DNA of 57,650 nucleotides from a virus (Duplodnaviria; Caudoviricetes): IMG/VR virus record IMGVR_UViG_3300023301_000010, positions 1 to 57,650 of that record; one strand, 5' to 3'. Shown piece by piece: positions 53,102 to 57,650 of this stretch (position 1 is its first letter; each line of letters starts with the position of its first letter). The notes under the pieces were generated by a model. It saw only the letters and a program-made list of their open reading frames with translations, ran no database searches and was not told where the DNA came from. The position numbers and the translations under genes were made by a program.

Positions 53102-54115
53102 TTAAACGATGGTCCACGTCGCGCCGCTAGGCACGGTGACGGTGATGCCAGAATTGATGGTGATCGGACCCGCCGACATAGCGTTCTTGCCCGAGGTCAG
53201 CGTGTAATCCACGGTCACGGCTTGGTCGTTCTCATAGAAGACCGGGTTGCCTACGCCGCCCGTCGCGCCGCCGCCGACCGTACCCCACGCCGAGCCGTTG
53301 TAGCCTTCGAAGCCGAGGGTCGTGGTGTTGAAACGGAAGTAGCCCGTTGCGGGCGTCGGGCGCTGAGCCGAGGTTCCGACCGGAACCAAGACGGCGTCTG
53401 TCGAGGATATGGCAAGTTTGACGGCGGGAGTGGCCGTGCCGATGCCAAGGCGATTGTTCGTATCGTCCCAAAAGAAGCTCGCGTTGTCCTGAGCGTAGAC
53501 GCCCGAACCCCCCGCGAACACGATGGAGCCCGTGGTGAAAGCCGTCGCCGTTCCCGTTCCGCCATTGGTGACAGGCAGCGTTCCGGTCACGCCCGTTGTC
53601 AGGGGAAGACCCGTGACATTGGTCATGACACCGGAGGCCGGAGTGCCAAGCGCCGGAGCGACGAAGGTCTTGTTGGTGAGCGTCTGTGTTCCGGCCTCGG
53701 AGACCGGGGCGTTCACGACTTCGATGACATCGGTCGAGTTGGTGTAGACGATGGCTTTTTTGCCATTGGCGATGGTGACGCCCGTCTGACCAGTGACCTT
53801 GACGGTGACGGCAAAGCCACCCGTGGTGTTGTTGAAGAAGATGTAGGGCTTATCGACGGCGGGAACTTCGACAGTCCGTGCTCCCGTCAGAGCACCCGTC
53901 AACTCGATGACGTAATTACGTCCGTTGGAACTTGCGCCGTTCGGGATCGTGAGCACCGTCGCAGCGCCGTTCGTGACGGCTTGCGTGACAAAACCCGCAA
54001 TGGCCTCTTCGATAAGAGCGCCAAGGTTGGTATTGGTCGTGGTTCCCCAAGTGCCGGACTGGTCTCCAGTACCGATCAACTCGATCTTCAGGTTAGTTGA
54101 ATAGGTACTTGCCAC
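53102..54115 (-). CDS. Tail fibre protein
   Basis: MASTYSTNLKIEL..TGDQSGTWG, NNRLGIGT, FEGYNG, SAGPITI. Confidence 0.82.
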   Translation of the reverse strand: MASTYSTNLKIELIGTGDQSGTWGTTTNTNLGALIEEAIAGFVTQAVTNGAATVLTIPNGASSNGRNYVIELTGALTGARTVEVPAVDKPYIFFNNTTGGFAVTVKVTGQTGVTIANGKKAIVYTNSTDVIEVVNAPVSEAGTQTLTNKTFVAPALGTPASGVMTNVTGLPLTTGVTGTLPVTNGGTGTATAFTTGSIVFAGGSGVYAQDNASFFWDDTNNRLGIGTATPAVKLAISSTDAVLVPVGTSAQRPTPATGYFRFNTTTLGFEGYNGSAWGTVGGGATGGVGNPVFYENDQAVTVDYTLTSGKNAMSAGPITINSGITVTVPSGATWTIV

Positions 54116-54125
54116 TCAAAGCCTC

Positions 54126-55028
54126 CTAAGCGGTGATAGGCGTCCAGTTTGGGGAGTCGGACGGCGTGACCTCAACCCAGAAGTCGCCATGCGCCGGAGT
54201 AATCTCATTCCAGTTGGTCGGAGGACCAGGAACGATTTGACCCCAAACGAGAACGGCCCCAACATAACCTGTTGCAGAGATTCCCGCAACATAGACATTG
54301 GCGTTCGTCGTAACCGCGACTGATCCGACAGCAGTAGTCGCGCTGACACCCGTAACGGAAAAGATAATCGGAAAGGCGACATCGACAGTGCCAACCTCAC
54401 CCGCAGCTTCTACTCCGGAAAGGTCAACAAAAGCGTCGGCTTCTACTGTGGCGGTGCCTACCTGAGCGGAGGCAGAAACGCCTACAACGGAAACGAACGC
54501 TGAAGCGGTTACGTCAACAGTACCTACCTGACCTTGGGCTTCTACACCCGTCAGTACAACTAGGGCAGAAGAAACAACCGACGCTGCTCCAACAAAACCC
54601 TCGGCCGCTGCCCCCGAAACAAGAACATTGGCACTCTGGTCAACCCGTACTGTGCCGACCTGCCCCGTAGCGGAAAGGCCCGTGACGTTGACGTTGGCAG
54701 ACAACGAAACCGTCGTAGTTCCTATGGCACCCGTAGCGGAAAGGCCCGTGACCGGGACAACGGCCGACAAGGCAACCATCGTAGTACCGACGGCACCCGT
54801 AGCGGAAAGGCCCGTGACCGGGACAACGGCACTTGCAGTAACCGTAGTGACACCGACCTGCCCCGCGCAGGAAAGGCCCGTGACAATCGCCGTGGCGTTT
54901 GCCGTAACAACAACGGTTCCAACCGCACCCGTGGCAAGCCCAATAGTGACCGCGCCCTGTCCGAACGGGAGTTCACCCCATCCGGCAGAACGTGACCAAC
55001 CTTCAAAGGCTACAACGGCATCGGCCAC
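54126..55028 (-). CDS. Val/Ala/Thr-rich structural protein with 22-aa repeats
   Basis: VTGLSATG.VG units; GGAAAGGCCCGTGAC recurs at a 66-bp period (54670-54885). Confidence 0.78.
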   Translation of the reverse strand: MADAVVAFEGWSRSAGWGELPFGQGAVTIGLATGAVGTVVVTANATAIVTGLSCAGQVGVTTVTASAVVPVTGLSATGAVGTTMVALSAVVPVTGLSATGAIGTTTVSLSANVNVTGLSATGQVGTVRVDQSANVLVSGAAAEGFVGAASVVSSALVVLTGVEAQGQVGTVDVTASAFVSVVGVSASAQVGTATVEADAFVDLSGVEAAGEVGTVDVAFPIIFSVTGVSATTAVGSVAVTTNANVYVAGISATGYVGAVLVWGQIVPGPPTNWNEITPAHGDFWVEVTPSDSPNWTPITA

Positions 55029-55037
55029 GATGACCTA

Positions 55038-55490
55038 TCACGCGATTCGAATGATCGCGTTCGTCGCATCCGCCGTCGGGAACACGACGGTGAAGTCGCC
55101 GTTCGAGGCGGTCTTATCCGAACCGAAATCGAGAATGACTACGGAAGGATTGGTGTAGGTGTGTGCCGGGGTACTGTTGTAGATCATAGCTCCGCGCGCC
55201 GTAAACGATGCCGAAGACCACGTCTCATCAGAAAAGTCCGTCAAAGCAGTCGTGCCTGAGGCCGAAGGATTGACGTTGGCCAAAGCCCCGCCGCCCGCGA
55301 CGTAAGCCGTACCAGAGGTATTGGTGATCTCGTTGGTCGCCGTATACGCCGTTGTCGCCGCCGTAAAGGATGCGCTGTTGGTGTAAAGGGCGATGTAGAA
55401 CGTGTCTCCGCCAGTCGCGCGGAAGTCGTGAACGCCTTCAAGCAACTGCTGCTTGAAAGACGTAGCCATGAAATTGCCCGTAAACGCCAT
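55038..55490 (-). CDS. Tail structural protein
   Basis: SFKQQLLEGVHDF...IALYT...LDFGSDK...AIIRIA. Confidence 0.8.
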   Translation of the reverse strand: MAFTGNFMATSFKQQLLEGVHDFRATGGDTFYIALYTNSASFTAATTAYTATNEITNTSGTAYVAGGGALANVNPSASGTTALTDFSDETWSSASFTARGAMIYNSTPAHTYTNPSVVILDFGSDKTASNGDFTVVFPTADATNAIIRIA

Positions 55491-55783
55491 TACAGCCTCC
55501 TAAGAAGATCAGCCAGTCCCGGTTGCCCTGCTTCCGTCACTGCATGGCTAACGGTAGTTCTATCACTCTGTATAGCACGTTTCATATGGAGGAGTATGAC
55601 TTGCTCCATACGATTCTGGTAAGCCAGAGCTTGCTCACGAAGTTCGGGAGGAGCCGAATCAGCAACGCTGATCAACCGCTCAACACACCGTTTCGCCCAA
55701 AACTCAGGGGCATGGCCCGCGCCGTCAGTGGTGACGACGTCCACTTTGAAAGCACCCGTTTGTCCGGCATTGACCCAAGACAT
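55490..55783 (-). CDS. Conserved hypothetical late protein
   Basis: 97 aa, coupled to both neighbours. Confidence 0.75.
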   Translation of the reverse strand: MSWVNAGQTGAFKVDVVTTDGAGHAPEFWAKRCVERLISVADSAPPELREQALAYQNRMEQVILLHMKRAIQSDRTTVSHAVTEAGQPGLADLLRRL

Positions 55784-56421
55784 CAGTTGGCCTTCACGCG
55801 AATAAGCCCGTCACGGTAAGCATCCACGTTTTCACGTCCTTCGCCGAAGTTCTTCAGGCGCTGAACGGCTTCCGTGAACCGCTGACTGTATAGGTTCAGT
55901 ATGTCGGCATCGCCCTTCATGTAGGTGTAGGCTTCAAACAACGAGCCGTACAGCATGGCTTGTTCAGCATTGTCGCCGAGCCACGTCGTTCCTACGTCTA
56001 CAATGGAAGGAGGCTTGTAGTAGTAGTGCATTTCCACCGGATAGGCACTTGCCGGAGTAGGCGACAAAAGAAGGTTGTTCGTGTCGAACATCGCGTAATA
56101 CTTCGGGACGCCCGTAACACCGTCCGGGTTATATTCCTGAAGATACTCCACATCTTTGTTCAGCAGGAACGTTTGCGACCCGCTTGCCGTGACAGCAAAA
56201 GAAAACGGGGACAAGAAATCTGACGGAAGACCCAGATACTTGTTTCCAGGGATCGCATTTGTAGTCGCGTTCCTACGGAAGTAGTCCAGATCTACAAGGT
56301 ACAGGAGCCGCTCTTCGCAGTTGCGAACAAACGTAGGGATGTTGCTGTTGAACGACTGTTCGTCGTACTCACAAAAATCCTTGATCGCTTGGGTCAGCGT
56401 GGCATACGTCCAAGCCATCAT
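55783..56421 (-). CDS. Head-tail adaptor protein
   Basis: WTYA.L...G.PKYYA...PTP...YYYKP...LYGSL.EA. Confidence 0.8.
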   Translation of the reverse strand: MMAWTYATLTQAIKDFCEYDEQSFNSNIPTFVRNCEERLLYLVDLDYFRRNATTNAIPGNKYLGLPSDFLSPFSFAVTASGSQTFLLNKDVEYLQEYNPDGVTGVPKYYAMFDTNNLLLSPTPASAYPVEMHYYYKPPSIVDVGTTWLGDNAEQAMLYGSLFEAYTYMKGDADILNLYSQRFTEAVQRLKNFGEGRENVDAYRDGLIRVKAN

Positions 56422-56729
56422 TCTTCTCCCGTTACGACAGTCACAATACCGACACTTGTGATGCCCTGCAAAGACTTATTCTGAATGAACGGAAAAATCT
56501 CCTGACCGACAGGGACATCCATCGGCTCATTACGATCGGGGCGCGGTTCCCACAAAGACTGAGGTTCAGTCGGGGGGAAAATCGGGTCAAGCTGAGGATG
56601 CTTGGATTCCCAACATTCCAAGCACGTTTTGAACCCCGTCCACTCTTTACGCAAAGTCGTGTACGAGTACATAAACCCGCAGCGGTCGCAGATTGCTTCA
56701 GAGTAGGAGCCGCTTGCGTGACGAGCCAT
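56418..56729 (-). CDS. Small Cys-containing late protein
   Basis: AICDRCGF...EW.G...CLECWE.KHPQL. Confidence 0.78.
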   Translation of the reverse strand: MARHASGSYSEAICDRCGFMYSYTTLRKEWTGFKTCLECWESKHPQLDPIFPPTEPQSLWEPRPDRNEPMDVPVGQEIFPFIQNKSLQGITSVGIVTVVTGEE

Positions 56730-57418
56730 TACACCACCCTGTAGAAGTCTCGGGAAGGTGTGAGCTGAAGGGCCGCACGATCACGGTCTTCAGACATAGC
56801 CCGGTCAAACTCTTCCTCGTAAACAGCCTTCAGAAGCTGAACACGTTCGGGGGAGCGCTTCATGGCGAGGTAATACGCCAGTCCTGCGGCAAGGCACGGG
56901 TAGAACCGGAACGGAATTTCGAGAGTATTCACACCCGCGCGAGCGTCGTCCATACGAACAAGCTTGTCCAAAACAATCGTGTACGGCTTGTCCGGCTTTG
57001 GCCAGACGTACAGAACCGGATTGATCTGACGGTTGAGGAAGTACTGAGAAGGACGAGCCTGAACGAGCTTGTTCGGAATATTGAGGTAGTAGTCTCGACT
57101 GATGCGGTCGACACTGTAGTCCGTCTGGTTGGTGGTATCTAGCCCCTGTTCCATACGGCAAACGACCGACAAAATGTCGATAGTAGTGGAAGACATCGGG
57201 TAGCTGACGCCCAGATCTGGAGTAACCAGAATAGACTCTTGAGCGATTGTCCACTGGTTCAACCCACGGTTGGACCATTCGGCAAGAAGCAGATTCAAGC
57301 TTCGACGCGCCGTGCGCTGATCGTAGCCCGTACGGACTTCGATACCACACCGCTCAAACGCCTCTTCGATATACTCGGCGACATCGAGCTCAAACGTCTT
57401 CGTACCAGAAACAGTCAT
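56729..57418 (-). CDS. Head-tail adaptor / tail tubular protein
   Basis: IEEAFERCG..RTGYD..TARRSLN...RPSQY..VWP.P...PFRF..CL.AGLAYY. Confidence 0.82.
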   Translation of the reverse strand: MTVSGTKTFELDVAEYIEEAFERCGIEVRTGYDQRTARRSLNLLLAEWSNRGLNQWTIAQESILVTPDLGVSYPMSSTTIDILSVVCRMEQGLDTTNQTDYSVDRISRDYYLNIPNKLVQARPSQYFLNRQINPVLYVWPKPDKPYTIVLDKLVRMDDARAGVNTLEIPFRFYPCLAAGLAYYLAMKRSPERVQLLKAVYEEEFDRAMSEDRDRAALQLTPSRDFYRVV

Positions 57419-57615
57419 CCGTTCCGCCTGTCTTCCAGTCGAGCCCTGCGCTTGCTGACGCGCTTGGCTCCTGCTGCCCGCATGTTGTCTACAAGATTAG
57501 GGTAAGGCCGACCCGCTTTTTCTGCAGCCTTTTTAGCTGAAGACTTTTGAGAAGAAGTCAGCTTTTTAGATGTGCCGAGATCCTTCGGGCGTTTCTTGTC
57601 CCAAACCTGTTTCAT
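57415..57615 (-). CDS. Small basic protein
   Basis: MKQVWDKKRPK...GRPYPNLVDNM; follows ORF 87-386 across the circular junction. Confidence 0.7.
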   Translation of the reverse strand: MKQVWDKKRPKDLGTSKKLTSSQKSSAKKAAEKAGRPYPNLVDNMRAAGAKRVSKRRARLEDRRNG

Positions 57616-57650
57616 ATCAGCACCCCGAACGACGAACAGCACCACCCGCC
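57531..57650. repeat. Terminal direct repeat, copy 2
   Basis: Matches 1-120 at 119/120 positions. Genes run continuously across the junction. Confidence 0.97.

Noticed and set aside
1-57650. Integrase, att site, tRNA genes, introns or inteins
   Set aside because: None was recognised by eye, and PolA, TerL and the helicases look uninterrupted. A tRNAscan/HMM run is needed to be certain.

Overview
The window is an apparently complete, circularly assembled dsDNA tailed-phage genome of about 57,530 bp. Bases 1-120 repeat at 57531-57650 with one synonymous mismatch. Almost all genes are on the minus strand; the exception is an SNF2 helicase. The architecture is podovirus-like, with a capsid resembling the vSAG 37-F6/HTVC023P type (recognition from memory). 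Head and packaging: TerS, TerL, portal, scaffold, GroES, major capsid protein. Tail, ejection and lysis: adaptors, nozzle, fibres, four large ejection proteins, holin and muramidase. Replication: PolA, AEP primase, UvrD, SSB, SNF2. An alphaproteobacterial host is inferred from a GcrA homologue, a receiver-less OmpR/CtrA-like winged helix, a KGG stress protein and CtrA-box matches. No integrase, tRNA or CRISPR was seen. The main items worth a second look are: (1) a thymidine-hypermodification operon combining a dUMP hydroxymethylase, a TET-associated/base-J-type glycosyltransferase, an aGPT-Pplase1 protein, an FkbM methyltransferase and Nmad1, which suggests an undescribed sugar-modified base; (2) an HlyC-type toxin-activating acyltransferase translationally coupled to a Gly-rich protein in the head module; (3) a GANTC-dense palindromic repeat array between terS and terL in a phage that carries GcrA; (4) a recurrent [FYM]xxGG motif in virion proteins; (5) two candidate structured RNAs; and (6) a dCTP deaminase frameshifted by an 11-bp duplication. 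All family calls are by eye, without database searches.
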